Shown here in pieces: positions 15,312 to 24,668 of a stretch of 25,533 bases of DNA; the stretch's first letter is position 1, and each line of letters opens with the position of its first letter. The position numbers and the translations under genes were made by a program. The notes under the pieces are model-generated. The model searched no databases. It saw only the letters and a list, made by a program, of their open reading frames with translations, and was not told where the DNA came from. The stretch is taken from the IMG/VR virus record IMGVR_UViG_3300044638_004076, positions 1 to 25,533 of that record. The stretch is one strand, 5' to 3'. This DNA is from a virus. Its lineage: Duplodnaviria; Caudoviricetes.

Positions 15312-16817
15312 CTACTGAATCCGGTAAATTTGGCTAAGCGAATCGATAACTTGCTGGCGTGTAATGCTTGGGTTTGCTTTCCTCATGCTGGCGAACGTTG
15401 CGTCAACATCGGCCTGCGTTGCTACCGGCTTAGGCCCAAGTACTTTGCCCTCCACCCTTGGCGTCCCTAGCCCGGTTGGCTGCTGCGGCAGTGACTGCGG
15501 GGGTTGCGGCGCTGGTGATGGTTGTGCTTGCGGTGGCACAGCAGACGCTGGCCGTAGCGTCGGCGCTGGCGCGGGCGACGTAGGCGGCTGCTTATACCCT
15601 TCGCTGTAAAACGTCGTGATTCCTTGCTGCATTAGCTCGTACTCCCGCTTGAAGAGCTTGAGTTTTTCAACCGCAGCAGCAGGCTCATCGTTAGCAGACG
15701 GAACAAACGGCTTCAGGCGCGGAAACTCTGCAGCACTAACAGCAGCTCCTGATCTGTCATGGATTTTCATGCTGCCGATGTCTGCAATCATTGCCCGGAT
15801 TGCAACGCCTTCCGGGTCGGTGCGCTGACGCACAGCATCGCCCATCAGGTTTTTTAGACCAAGCGCATTGGGGTACTTCTGAACCTCTGTAATTGCTTCG
15901 TCAATCTTGTTCAGCGCAACCTGATTCTCAATGTATCCATTTGCCACGGTGGCCGGCAGTTCTTTTAACGGCTTGAGTACACGATCGCCAGTAAGCGTCC
16001 TGGCGTCCTGAACTAAGCCAGTCGTATTGTCGATAACGCTAACCCCGCCGCCTTCCGTTGCAATGCCAGAGAAACTTGGCGATCGCGCTTTGAGCACGCG
16101 GTGCACAACTTGATCTGGTTGGCCTTCTGGGAAATATTCAATCGTCGTGCCAGTGTCTCTGCTGCTGTATTTGACTGGGCCGGTGGCCTTGCGGAGGACG
16201 GCCGGGTTGTTGCTCGCGGCAAACGCGGCAACCGAATCTGGTGTGTATTCGCCTGGATTGATCTTTGCCCACGGCGAATCGGCTTGCATGTCTTTGCGCA
16301 GCTTCATGGCCTGCAGCGGGCTGACTTGCATCAGATTGTTGAAAAACTTGCCCTGGTCAAACCCGCCCTGCGTCGGCAACGAAACTGATTGCTTGGGGCC
16401 GACAGTGTTTAATCCGCTGTTGGTTGCTTGCAGCAAAGCCGAATCAAACTCAGTATCGCCAGACATGTTTGCGAGCAGCATCTGCCCTTGTTGTGAGCCA
16501 GGCGCAACGCCGCCGCCAAGTGAACCAGGAGATGGCGGGACAAACGAATTGCGTGCAGCGGCTTTGATCTGCGCATCTAGATCGCGCGCGGTCTGCCGGT
16601 CTTCGTCTTCCTGCTGCATCTTGCGCATCTGATACGCCTGCAGCATCTGCTTGTAGCGGTTGGCTTCCGCAGCCTGCTGTGCAGCCGGGAACGCGCCAAA
16701 CGCAGCGCCTAGCCCGCCACCCTGCGACATAGGCGTCAGCAATGCCTGCGACGCACCCAGCAGGCCCATGGTGATCGGGTCATTGAACCCACCGCGTGCA
16801 TCGAGCAATCCCGGCAT
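15312..16817 (-). CDS. Ejection/internal virion protein (501 aa from MPGLLD)
   Basis: GAGG RBS before ATG 16817; position in the ejection cluster; Gln/Ala/Pro-rich. Confidence 0.75.
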   Translation of the reverse strand: MPGLLDARGGFNDPITMGLLGASQALLTPMSQGGGLGAAFGAFPAAQQAAEANRYKQMLQAYQMRKMQQEDEDRQTARDLDAQIKAAARNSFVPPSPGSLGGGVAPGSQQGQMLLANMSGDTEFDSALLQATNSGLNTVGPKQSVSLPTQGGFDQGKFFNNLMQVSPLQAMKLRKDMQADSPWAKINPGEYTPDSVAAFAASNNPAVLRKATGPVKYSSRDTGTTIEYFPEGQPDQVVHRVLKARSPSFSGIATEGGGVSVIDNTTGLVQDARTLTGDRVLKPLKELPATVANGYIENQVALNKIDEAITEVQKYPNALGLKNLMGDAVRQRTDPEGVAIRAMIADIGSMKIHDRSGAAVSAAEFPRLKPFVPSANDEPAAAVEKLKLFKREYELMQQGITTFYSEGYKQPPTSPAPAPTLRPASAVPPQAQPSPAPQPPQSLPQQPTGLGTPRVEGKVLGPKPVATQADVDATFASMRKANPSITRQQVIDSLSQIYRIQ

Positions 16818-16818
16818 G

Positions 16819-17151
16819 TCAGCCTCTGTTTTCAGGAACGTAGTCGGGGATGGGTTGCCCACCATAACCCATAGCAGTTGGTGCGGCAGCCGGTGCAACA
16901 CGGCTAGGCATGGCAGGCGGTTGGTAGCCCTGTCTGCGCGACAGCAGGCCGCCCATGTAGTTGTTCATCATCTGCGCGCTGCGCGTGTTGCCGCCGTACT
17001 GCGGGAACGGTGACTGCCCAAAGCCGCGAAACATGGCGCTGAATTGCGGCGCGTACATGCCGGGGTTTTGCATAGCAGGCCCGCCGAGCAAGCCGCCGAG
17101 ATACTGCGAGCCTTGCGGCATGTAGCCGCTGGTGATGTTTGACCAATTCAT
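16819..17151 (-). CDS. Low-complexity G/M/Q/Y/P-rich protein in the ejection cluster (110 aa)
   Basis: Fills the gap exactly; AAGGGG RBS; two GGLL motifs. Confidence 0.7.
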   Translation of the reverse strand: MNWSNITSGYMPQGSQYLGGLLGGPAMQNPGMYAPQFSAMFRGFGQSPFPQYGGNTRSAQMMNNYMGGLLSRRQGYQPPAMPSRVAPAAAPTAMGYGGQPIPDYVPENRG

Positions 17152-17160
17152 GGTTGCCCC

Positions 17161-18129
17161 TTACCAGATCGTTCCGTTGCCGTTGGCGAATTGAAAAGCC
17201 GCGTCGTTATTGAACCCAGCCATTTCGGCAGATGAAGGCCCGCTTGCAAATGGATTGCCGCCGCCCAGCAGGCCAAAGCTGCGCGCCATACCAAGCCCGC
17301 CCGCCGCACCGCCCAGCGTGCCCAGCATCGGGTTGATGGACTGCGTGCCAGTAGCGGTGCGTCCCAAGTTGGGATTGAACATAGACGCAAACACGTCGAG
17401 CTGCTGACGCGGGTAGTTGTTGGCGTCCTGGAACTGCGCGTAGTCGGCGTTCAGGTAGTTTTGGCCGAGTGCCTGCTGCTGCTGGCCGATGCTGTTCAAT
17501 GCGTTTGCATTGCCAAAATCGAACGCTTGTCGTGCGCCGGCAAAGGCAGGAGCGGCCTGCACTGCACCGAGCTGGCGGCCACGCTCTGCCTGATAGTTTT
17601 GCCCGTACAGGTTGTTTGCAAACTGACCCAGCGAGTCACCGAATGCGCGGTTCTGCTGGCCCTGCAGTTCCGACTGAGCGCTGCCACCAAACGCGCCACC
17701 AAAGCCCGCTGCGGCGTTGGTTTGCGCTGCTGTGCCCGTCTTGTACGCATCGGCCATGCGGCCTGCAGCGGCATCGTAGGTGCCTTGCAGGTATGGGTTG
17801 CTATCTGGCGACAGGTACGCGCCCGACATCGTTTTGGACAGTTCGCCTTGCGCCTGATCGAACAGCGGCTGGTTGTAGTTGGCCGCATTGCGTGCCATGT
17901 CCATGCCGGCGAGCGTGTCTTCGCTAAACGGAGCGACGCGGTTGTATCCGTACTCGTTGTACGGCAGGTTTGCAACGTCCTGCACCCTCTGGGCGTATTC
18001 TGGCGCATAGGGCTGCAGGAAGTCTGGCAACTCTTGCTTGCTGATTTGCGTGCCGCCGCCTCGTCTAGACGCCATGCCGCCTAGCAGACTGCCGCCTGCC
18101 GTAAGTGCTGCTGCCGCAATGATTGGCAT
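17161..18129 (-). CDS. Ejection (DNA pilot-like) protein
   Basis: MPIIAAAALTAGGSLLGG N-terminus, NPYL, GAFGGS motifs; Gln/Asn/Ala-rich. Confidence 0.78.
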   Translation of the reverse strand: MPIIAAAALTAGGSLLGGMASRRGGGTQISKQELPDFLQPYAPEYAQRVQDVANLPYNEYGYNRVAPFSEDTLAGMDMARNAANYNQPLFDQAQGELSKTMSGAYLSPDSNPYLQGTYDAAAGRMADAYKTGTAAQTNAAAGFGGAFGGSAQSELQGQQNRAFGDSLGQFANNLYGQNYQAERGRQLGAVQAAPAFAGARQAFDFGNANALNSIGQQQQALGQNYLNADYAQFQDANNYPRQQLDVFASMFNPNLGRTATGTQSINPMLGTLGGAAGGLGMARSFGLLGGGNPFASGPSSAEMAGFNNDAAFQFANGNGTIW

Positions 18130-18131
18130 GT

Positions 18132-18482
18132 TTACGCCCCTTCAATCAATTGGTTATCCACTGCGCCCGTGTCGGTGCAGTCGGTTGCATGAACGCAATA
18201 CCAAACCGCGTCCTCTATGGCCTCTACGACGTGACTCGCTCCGGCCTTAATCACTATGCAAGCCGGTGCGCTGTACTCGCTCACAGCGTCATCCACGCCG
18301 ACATACACACGCCCGCTAGCCAGCACCGACAGGTGATCGAACTCATGCTTGTGCTGCACAACGAATGAGCCGGCAGGCAGGCGCATTTCCTTGGCGTACA
18401 CGCCACCGCCGAAGTGATGCATCTGCTGCGGAGAAAACGGCCTGTGCGCAGCTTGTTGCAGCGCAATCTCTGCGACGTTCAT
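18132..18482 (-). CDS. Cupin-fold protein (116 aa)
   Basis: HHFGGGVYAKEM..QHKHEFDHLSVLASG...H...WYCVH; TGATG coupling to the upstream gene. Confidence 0.8.
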   Translation of the reverse strand: MNVAEIALQQAAHRPFSPQQMHHFGGGVYAKEMRLPAGSFVVQHKHEFDHLSVLASGRVYVGVDDAVSEYSAPACIVIKAGASHVVEAIEDAVWYCVHATDCTDTGAVDNQLIEGA

Positions 18483-18790
18483 CAGTTCCCCGTCAGTGCG
18501 CGAGCAGCCACCCAAGTGCCAGGCGTGCCGCTCGCAACGCACACCCACTCCGTAATCACATACTTGCTGCCAGCCGTACCCAGTTCTGTTGGCGTGCTGT
18601 TGCGCACCACATCGCCCTGCATCCAGTCGCCCGTCGTCGGAAACGAGGTATTAGCGGCGTGGATGGAGGCAATGCGGCCTTCTGTTGCCCCATTCACTTG
18701 GCGGGCAAGGCTTGCCAGCAAGTGCTTTAGAAACGGCAGGAAGGTTGGCCCCGTCAGCGACGGCAGCACCGGGTCTTCGTTTAGCTTCAC
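18482..18790 (-). CDS. Small tail-associated protein (102 aa)
   Basis: GTGA coupled to the nozzle gene; PTTGDWMQGDVVRNSTP...WVCVASGTPGTW fibre-type motif. Confidence 0.75.
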   Translation of the reverse strand: MKLNEDPVLPSLTGPTFLPFLKHLLASLARQVNGATEGRIASIHAANTSFPTTGDWMQGDVVRNSTPTELGTAGSKYVITEWVCVASGTPGTWVAARALTGN

Positions 18791-20256
18791 TCGGAACTGA
18801 CTCCAGACAGATCGACATCCAGCGCGGTGATTTCAAACCCGCCTGTGACGGTCATATCCACCTGATGCCAACGCGCCTCAACCAGCACATCGAACCTCTT
18901 GTCGGCGTAGGTGGCGGATTGGTATGTGGACGGCACATCACCCAGCGCATCGCCCACCAGCAGGTTCATGCTGGCAGCGGTGGGGTTTGCAATGAATCGC
19001 GGGCGCACCCGGCGCATGAGCGACAGATTGCCGTCAGTGCCGAAATACGTTGTGCGGAATGTGCTGCTGTTGGCCGAGCCGTTCAGCGTTGCGATACGGT
19101 CGCCAGTGGTGACGATGGCCGCCGCTTCCATATCCGCGTCACGGAACAGGTCGTCGTAGCTCGGTGCGTCGATTGCCTCATACGTCACGCCAACCGGCGG
19201 CACGGTATCGAACGTACTGGACGGGGCCAGGTACTGCAGGCCAAACCTTGCTGCGTAGTTGCGCCCTCTGCCCCACTTGCCGGTGATGAAAGAGTAGATC
19301 AGGCAGTCATTCAGGCTGCCGGTCGACTCGCTATTGGCAAACAGGATGTAGACGACGCCTTCTGCGCGGTCTACAACGCAAGAGGTTTTCTCACGGTAGG
19401 TGGGGTTCAGTCGTTGGTAAAACCACCGACGTACTATCCCGTCCCCAATTTTAACAGGGCGCGAGCCGTCAAACACATACATGCCGCGCGGGCCGACAAC
19501 AAAATGTGCGGGCGCACCATTCACCACAATCTGCGCCACCGCGTACTTGCCGACGCACCCGCCATCACCTGGCACTAGCTGCCAAGTCCACCACAGCGGC
19601 GGGCCGGAATTAGTTCCCAGATACACGCCCGAATTCTTGTACACCACCATCTGCTCGCCCAGCGGCTTGGCGGCACGAATGGGGCCGGGTGTGGCATACA
19701 AGCGTCCACGCACAGAGCCGCTTGCAATGGCAGGCGTCCAGTCCGTAGCGTTGGCCTGCGCACTGCTCCACCAGCCGTCGTCGTAGTCCCAACTTGCGCC
19801 GTCCGATGCGTTGAACGCCATGACAAACAGGCCAACCGTTTCGACAATCTCAGCACGCGGTGCGCCAGTGATGTCAGCAAACAGGCTGCCAGTGGATACC
19901 TGCATCACCGTGCCGTTGTTGGCCGCCAGCACTTGGTTGCCGAAGGTGGTGAAGTACCAGCTACTGGACGCGGGCGCGGAGTAGTTACCTGCTGAGCGGG
20001 TAACGTCCGTCCATGTCGATCCGCTGGCCGAGTACAGCTTGGTGGCCGTGCCCATGTATAGCGTCTTGCTGCTATCCACGCGCTCCACAGTGGCCGCGCC
20101 ATAGACTTCCGATGCAGCGGTAGCGATGCCCGTATCCAGCGCCTCTGGAGCGGATTTGATAGAGCGCTCGATGGGCATGACGCCGGTAGCGTCTACCAAT
20201 GCGCCAGCCACACCCGGGTCAGCGTCCGGTGCGAATTGAGTTAGCGGAACCAGCAT
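18787..20256 (-). CDS. Tail nozzle / head-closure protein (P22 gp10 / tubular protein B-like beta-propeller)
   Basis: 489-aa all-beta, Trp-rich sequence; position after the adaptor. Confidence 0.8.
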   Translation of the reverse strand: MLVPLTQFAPDADPGVAGALVDATGVMPIERSIKSAPEALDTGIATAASEVYGAATVERVDSSKTLYMGTATKLYSASGSTWTDVTRSAGNYSAPASSSWYFTTFGNQVLAANNGTVMQVSTGSLFADITGAPRAEIVETVGLFVMAFNASDGASWDYDDGWWSSAQANATDWTPAIASGSVRGRLYATPGPIRAAKPLGEQMVVYKNSGVYLGTNSGPPLWWTWQLVPGDGGCVGKYAVAQIVVNGAPAHFVVGPRGMYVFDGSRPVKIGDGIVRRWFYQRLNPTYREKTSCVVDRAEGVVYILFANSESTGSLNDCLIYSFITGKWGRGRNYAARFGLQYLAPSSTFDTVPPVGVTYEAIDAPSYDDLFRDADMEAAAIVTTGDRIATLNGSANSSTFRTTYFGTDGNLSLMRRVRPRFIANPTAASMNLLVGDALGDVPSTYQSATYADKRFDVLVEARWHQVDMTVTGGFEITALDVDLSGVSSE

Positions 20257-20257
20257 G

Positions 20258-20890
20258 TCAACCGAACCGGATGTCGTAGGCCGGCAGGTGCACCGGCAGT
20301 TCGCGCTGCTTGTACCAGGTGGCCGAATTCTCGACGTTGCGCAGCTCGTTGCGGTTCAGTTCCGCGATGCGCGCAATGGTCATCTGTTCGTACTGCACCA
20401 GGCGCGTGTCATCCAGCACGAACTTGCGCGCCTCTGCGAGCGATGCCATGAGATACACATCTGGGTAGTCCTGCAGCACCCAATTGGTGTCGCTGTCCGC
20501 TACCAAGTTGGGCAGACGCACCGAGTAAATAAAGGTGGGCGATGAACTGTCAGCTGGGTAGACCTTGATCTGGTTGTTGACGATGGAATACACCGGGTAG
20601 GTGGGCCGGATGCCGCCCTGATCCATCGCCCGCATGTCTGCAGCGGTGATGGCCTTGTATTCGACTGTGCCTAGCGTCATTGAGATTGCCGCGCGGAAAT
20701 CATTCGGCAGCGAAGCAATGCCATTGACCACGCTCAGCGTCGTGGACGCTTCCATGCGTGGCGACGTGATGTTGCGGGCAAGTCGGTTAGTAGCAAACTC
20801 GATGAACGTCGGAATCCTGTCTGTCAGATCGTTGCGATGCAGCCATGCGGCTACCTGCGTCTTGAGTTCCGCGTAGGTATCGAGCGCCAT
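20258..20890 (-). CDS. Head-tail adaptor (tubular protein A-like)
   Basis: TYAELKTQVAAWLHRNDLTDRIPTFI...LPNDF...TNWVLQDYPDVYL; follows the capsid gene. Confidence 0.85.
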   Translation of the reverse strand: MALDTYAELKTQVAAWLHRNDLTDRIPTFIEFATNRLARNITSPRMEASTTLSVVNGIASLPNDFRAAISMTLGTVEYKAITAADMRAMDQGGIRPTYPVYSIVNNQIKVYPADSSSPTFIYSVRLPNLVADSDTNWVLQDYPDVYLMASLAEARKFVLDDTRLVQYEQMTIARIAELNRNELRNVENSATWYKQRELPVHLPAYDIRFG

Positions 20891-20909
20891 AGTTCCCTCT
20901 GGTGATGGT

Positions 20910-20934
20910 GGGGCCAGCCTTGTGAGCCGGCCCC
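20910..20934 (-). terminator. Hairpin downstream of the capsid gene
   Basis: GGGGCCGGC-tcacaag-GCTGGCCCC on the minus strand; no U-tract. Confidence 0.45.
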
Positions 20935-20957
20935 TTACTGCTTAACGCCTAGGGCGA

Positions 20958-22160
20958 TCAGCCGTCAGCGTGGATGCGCGCAGCCAGTTGAGCGCGGATC
21001 GTCTTGTAGCCGTACAGAACGTCAATCCTGCAAGGCATGGTGTCCGTGCTAATTGCGTACTGGCGCACGGTACGAAGCGAGATGCCGTCATAGACTTCAC
21101 GCGCAGCAAAGTCCACGCCTTTGGGCATCACCAGGTCAGCGGTTGCAAAGGCAAAAGCATCGCGGTGGAAGACCATCGACGGGGTGAGCTGCTCCGAAGC
21201 GCCAGCGCCAACCTTCACAATGGCCGAGCTGTTCGCCATACCGGCAGCAACGACGTTCTGACGACCGCCCGACGTGTAGATGGCCGGAGCGAACGCCAGC
21301 GAACCAGCGCCGCCAGCGTAATCAGCAGTCACCACAAACTGCTGCAACACGCCCGTCGAAACCTTGGTCTCAGGGTGAACGCGGAAGCAACCCGCAACGG
21401 TGAACACGTCGCCAGCCTTAAACGTAGTGCTGCCAGTCTGCACGGTGACAGCGGTCGAGCCGTTGGTGGTCACTGCACCGTTGACGGTGTAGGTGGTCGT
21501 CTTGGCAGCGGTGCCGGTGGTGTGGTTGGTCAGCAGCGTGTTTTCGTAGAAGTCGAAACCACCGGTGCGGCCCATCATGCCCTCGCGGTACTGTTGCTTG
21601 ATCGCGTTGGAGTCCTGGAACAGACCTTTCAGCGAATCCACCAGCTTGGCAGTGTGGTCGGTAGATAGCAGCGCATAACGGTTGCTGTCCATCGGAGCCA
21701 GGTTGTCGTTGAGCAGCTTACGGCCCTGCATCAGATTCAAGAACGAGATGGCACCCGCATCGTTGTCAACGATGTTGTACACGTCCTTGTACATGCTTAG
21801 CGCATCGGCTTCGATGTTCGCAGCCAGCACAGCCATCGCAGGCTCAAGAATGCGAGCAGAGAAGTCGTCCAGGCTCAGGGTCAGCTCGGCGCTGCTAAAA
21901 GTGATGTCCACGCCCTTTTGCGTAGCGATCTGCAGCGTGGTGCTGGTCTCGGTGGTGTCTTGCGTGGACAGGTTGGCACCGGTGCGAACGGTGTACTCGT
22001 TGGGCAGACGGATTTTCAGCGAGTCGCCGATCTTTGCGCCGCTGTTGGCGAAAGAGTCGTCGTAGGTGCGATTGATGTTGCCAACGAAATTAAGGCGCTG
22101 GTGGAGGATCTGCAGAGCCTTGCGGGTCACTGCGGTGGGGGTAAGGATGGTATTAGGCAT
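20958..22160 (-). CDS. Major capsid protein, P22 coat (gp5) family
   Basis: NTILTPTAVTRKAL, AKIGDSLKIRLP, PAMAVLAANIE, FHRDAFAFAT, RIDVLYG motifs. Confidence 0.95.
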   Translation of the reverse strand: MPNTILTPTAVTRKALQILHQRLNFVGNINRTYDDSFANSGAKIGDSLKIRLPNEYTVRTGANLSTQDTTETSTTLQIATQKGVDITFSSAELTLSLDDFSARILEPAMAVLAANIEADALSMYKDVYNIVDNDAGAISFLNLMQGRKLLNDNLAPMDSNRYALLSTDHTAKLVDSLKGLFQDSNAIKQQYREGMMGRTGGFDFYENTLLTNHTTGTAAKTTTYTVNGAVTTNGSTAVTVQTGSTTFKAGDVFTVAGCFRVHPETKVSTGVLQQFVVTADYAGGAGSLAFAPAIYTSGGRQNVVAAGMANSSAIVKVGAGASEQLTPSMVFHRDAFAFATADLVMPKGVDFAAREVYDGISLRTVRQYAISTDTMPCRIDVLYGYKTIRAQLAARIHADG

Positions 22161-22178
22161 GATTGCGTCCTGGAAATG

Positions 22179-22201
22179 AAAAAAGCCGCTTTCGCGGCTT
22201 T
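22179..22201 (-). terminator. Terminator-like hairpin between scaffold and capsid genes
   Basis: AAAGCCGC-gaaa-GCGGC-TTTTTT on the minus strand. Confidence 0.7.
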
Positions 22202-22232
22202 GGGTTTGTGTGTGACTAAGTTGTGGTGAGTG

Positions 22233-23099
22233 CTATCGGCGTGCAGATGCCGTGCGCCGCTGTTCGTGGCGCATCCAGTCTTCGATGCTCATCTTGTCGG
22301 GATCAACCGTGGCTTTTGCGTTGCCGCCGCTGATGGTGCGAACAGGTTTTGCAGCGACTGCCGGTGCAGCAGCGCCCGCCTTTTTGGTCATCTCTGCGAG
22401 CACCTTTTGCGCATGAAGTGCCTTTACGATCCACGGTTCGCGGATGCCGTTTAGCTGCTCTTCTTTTGCGCCCAGTGACTTCGCTACTTCGCGCAGGGAT
22501 TGCGCGTAGTCGGGTGACCACCCTTTAATCTCGCGGCTCAATGCCTCGTTTGCCTCTTGCAGTTGCTTGGCAGTTTCCTGCTGCTCTTGCATCGCGCGTT
22601 GGCCTTCGTGCTGCTGGATTTGTGCGACAAATTGTTGGCGTGAGTCTTTGAGTTGCTGGTACTTCATAAACTCGCGCTGGGCCAGTTCGCCGTTGCTCTG
22701 GCTTAGGCTGTCCCAATCAACGCCTGCGTATTGCTGCAGACGCTCATCCAGCGCAGTGAGTCGCGCCACCGCTTGGATGTTTGCCCTTTCAGCCTCGATG
22801 CGTGCCTGCTGCTGCGCGAATGTCTGCTCGGCTTGTTGGCGTGTTTGCGCCAGTTCCTGCGTCTTTCGCGTGTAATCGGCTTGCCGAAGGATTGCGTCCT
22901 TCAACTCAGGCGGGAGTGCGTATTTCTTCCCTTCGTACTCGACTTCCTCAAAAACCTCTGGGTCAACGCCTTGCGTATCGCCATCGGTGTCGTCGGACTG
23001 GTCTGCAGTGGGGTCGCTTCCGATCTCGGGCTGCGCTTGGTCGAGCGCGGGCTGCGAGAGTTCCGCCGCTTCCGGCAGATTGTTCTCTGTGTCGTTCAT
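22233..23099 (-). CDS. Scaffolding protein
   Basis: Acidic N-terminus, LRQADYTRKTQELA, coiled coil, DPDKMSIEDWM end; directly upstream of the capsid gene. Confidence 0.9.
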   Translation of the reverse strand: MNDTENNLPEAAELSQPALDQAQPEIGSDPTADQSDDTDGDTQGVDPEVFEEVEYEGKKYALPPELKDAILRQADYTRKTQELAQTRQQAEQTFAQQQARIEAERANIQAVARLTALDERLQQYAGVDWDSLSQSNGELAQREFMKYQQLKDSRQQFVAQIQQHEGQRAMQEQQETAKQLQEANEALSREIKGWSPDYAQSLREVAKSLGAKEEQLNGIREPWIVKALHAQKVLAEMTKKAGAAAPAVAAKPVRTISGGNAKATVDPDKMSIEDWMRHEQRRTASARR

Positions 23100-23123
23100 G
23101 TGTTTCCGAAGTGAACGCGCAAT

Positions 23124-23147
23124 AAAAAAGCCGCCCGAAGGCGGCTT
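23124..23147 (-). terminator. Terminator-like hairpin upstream of the scaffold gene
   Basis: AAGCCGCC-ttcg-GGCGGC-TTTTTT on the minus strand. Confidence 0.75.
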
Positions 23148-23169
23148 GTGCTAACCGATTGCGCTGCGG

Positions 23170-24633
23170 TTAGATACTGGCGAGCAGGACGGCGATGTCG
23201 TCTTCGTCGTCGCGCTCTATCTGTTCGCGCATGAGGCGCGCGATGAGTGCGGTTTGCAGTGCGTCTGCGTAAACCTTGCGGATATCTTCGCTAATCCGTC
23301 GGGCCTCTTTGGCAAGCCCAGCGTAATCCGGCCCCTTGATAGGCTGCACCACCACGGCCTGCGCAGCCACAGCGGCAGGTGCTTCTACGTCTTGCGTGGC
23401 AGCGTCTTGTGCGTCTTCTTGTGCGGCGTCGTAGGCTCTACGCACGCTCATCGGATCGAGCGGATCGACTTCCATCCACCTGCTACCCACCCGCACGCGG
23501 TAGCGCGTCCTGGGCGCATAGCCAGGCGTTGCACTAGGTGCTACGGTGAGCGGCGGCAAGATTTCGCAACGCTGGCCCGCAGCGACTGCGTTGCCTACTC
23601 CACAGCCAATTAGCTGGCCACCAGTAACGACAGAGGACTGACCGGCGGCCGCTGCACTCCCAAGCAAAGTAAAGATGCTTGTGTTCACGGATACCGCTGC
23701 GCCTGTCGGCCCTCCCGCAACCGCATTCCCGACGCCCAGTCCAATTGACTGACTTAATGCAAACGTGTTGCCCGCAGCGGTTGAGCCACCCACCCCGGCG
23801 GCAATGTTCTCGTTTAATGCAAACGAGTTGCCAGCTGCAATGGCAGAGCCAACAATTGTGTCAACGGTTTGCGAAGCAAGGCCAAGAAATATTCTGGGCT
23901 TTTGTTGTGGCGCAAATATTTGCCAAGGATTGTCTAGAAGCTCTAGCCCTGCGTCTGTATTTTGTCTTGTGCCAAAAATAAGAAGACTAAAAAATCCACT
24001 AAACCTTGTTCCTACGCGGTTAGCCAATTTCAGGTTTTGGCTTGGCGTAATTGTTCCGCTTAAATCAGCAGTTATATATCTATTCGCTCTGCGGTCGATG
24101 TACAGCAGAACAGGGCTAGATGACTTCCAAGTGCCAAAATAAGTATGAGAAGACGGGTCATTAAATAAAGCTGCGCTTGCTGCGTCAGCAGAGCCGCCAG
24201 CGTTAACTTGTGTGCGAAGAGTTACTCCCCCACCGGAAGCTCCTGTTGTAAGCAAATCGAAGCCTGCTGTTGAGCTTGATGATCGAGCAGCAATAGGGAA
24301 GGTGTTTGTCTGAGTTCCTTGTGAAAACACAGAAATGATCGAAAATTCGGTAAGGCTTGGTAACGCGCCAAGGTCAATGTCCGGGCTATTTGCCGCGGTT
24401 GTCGTAACTCCAACGCTTGAGCCGCCCAAATAAGCATTGGCTCTTACTGACTGGCCGTCGAAGTTATTAACTGAGTTTCGCGCAATACCATTGCGCACAC
24501 TGAACCGCATTGTCGGGTTCGTGCCGCTCCATACAGTGTCCAAGCCAATGGCTTGAGCAAGCGGATTGCCTAAATCTACTTGCAGCAAACCTTGCGGTTG
24601 TTGCCGCCACCGTTTTGCAAGAAAAACACTCAC
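23170..24633 (-). CDS. LamG/ConA-like lectin domain protein with GxAxAxG repeats and acidic-hydrophobic C-terminus
   Basis: FSIIS...HTYFGTW...LLYID...FSG...NPWQIF; five repeats; ends DDEDDIAVLLASI. Confidence 0.7.
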   Translation of the reverse strand: MSVFLAKRWRQQPQGLLQVDLGNPLAQAIGLDTVWSGTNPTMRFSVRNGIARNSVNNFDGQSVRANAYLGGSSVGVTTTAANSPDIDLGALPSLTEFSIISVFSQGTQTNTFPIAARSSSSTAGFDLLTTGASGGGVTLRTQVNAGGSADAASAALFNDPSSHTYFGTWKSSSPVLLYIDRRANRYITADLSGTITPSQNLKLANRVGTRFSGFFSLLIFGTRQNTDAGLELLDNPWQIFAPQQKPRIFLGLASQTVDTIVGSAIAAGNSFALNENIAAGVGGSTAAGNTFALSQSIGLGVGNAVAGGPTGAAVSVNTSIFTLLGSAAAAGQSSVVTGGQLIGCGVGNAVAAGQRCEILPPLTVAPSATPGYAPRTRYRVRVGSRWMEVDPLDPMSVRRAYDAAQEDAQDAATQDVEAPAAVAAQAVVVQPIKGPDYAGLAKEARRISEDIRKVYADALQTALIARLMREQIERDDEDDIAVLLASI

Positions 24634-24668
24634 GGTATTATTACCAGTGCGGTTGCCATTTTAATTAA

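Noticed and set aside
18685-19578. 297-aa plus-strand ORF
   Set aside because: Antisense shadow of the tail nozzle gene in GC-rich DNA.
20970-21668. 232-aa plus-strand ORF
   Set aside because: Antisense shadow of the codon-biased capsid gene.
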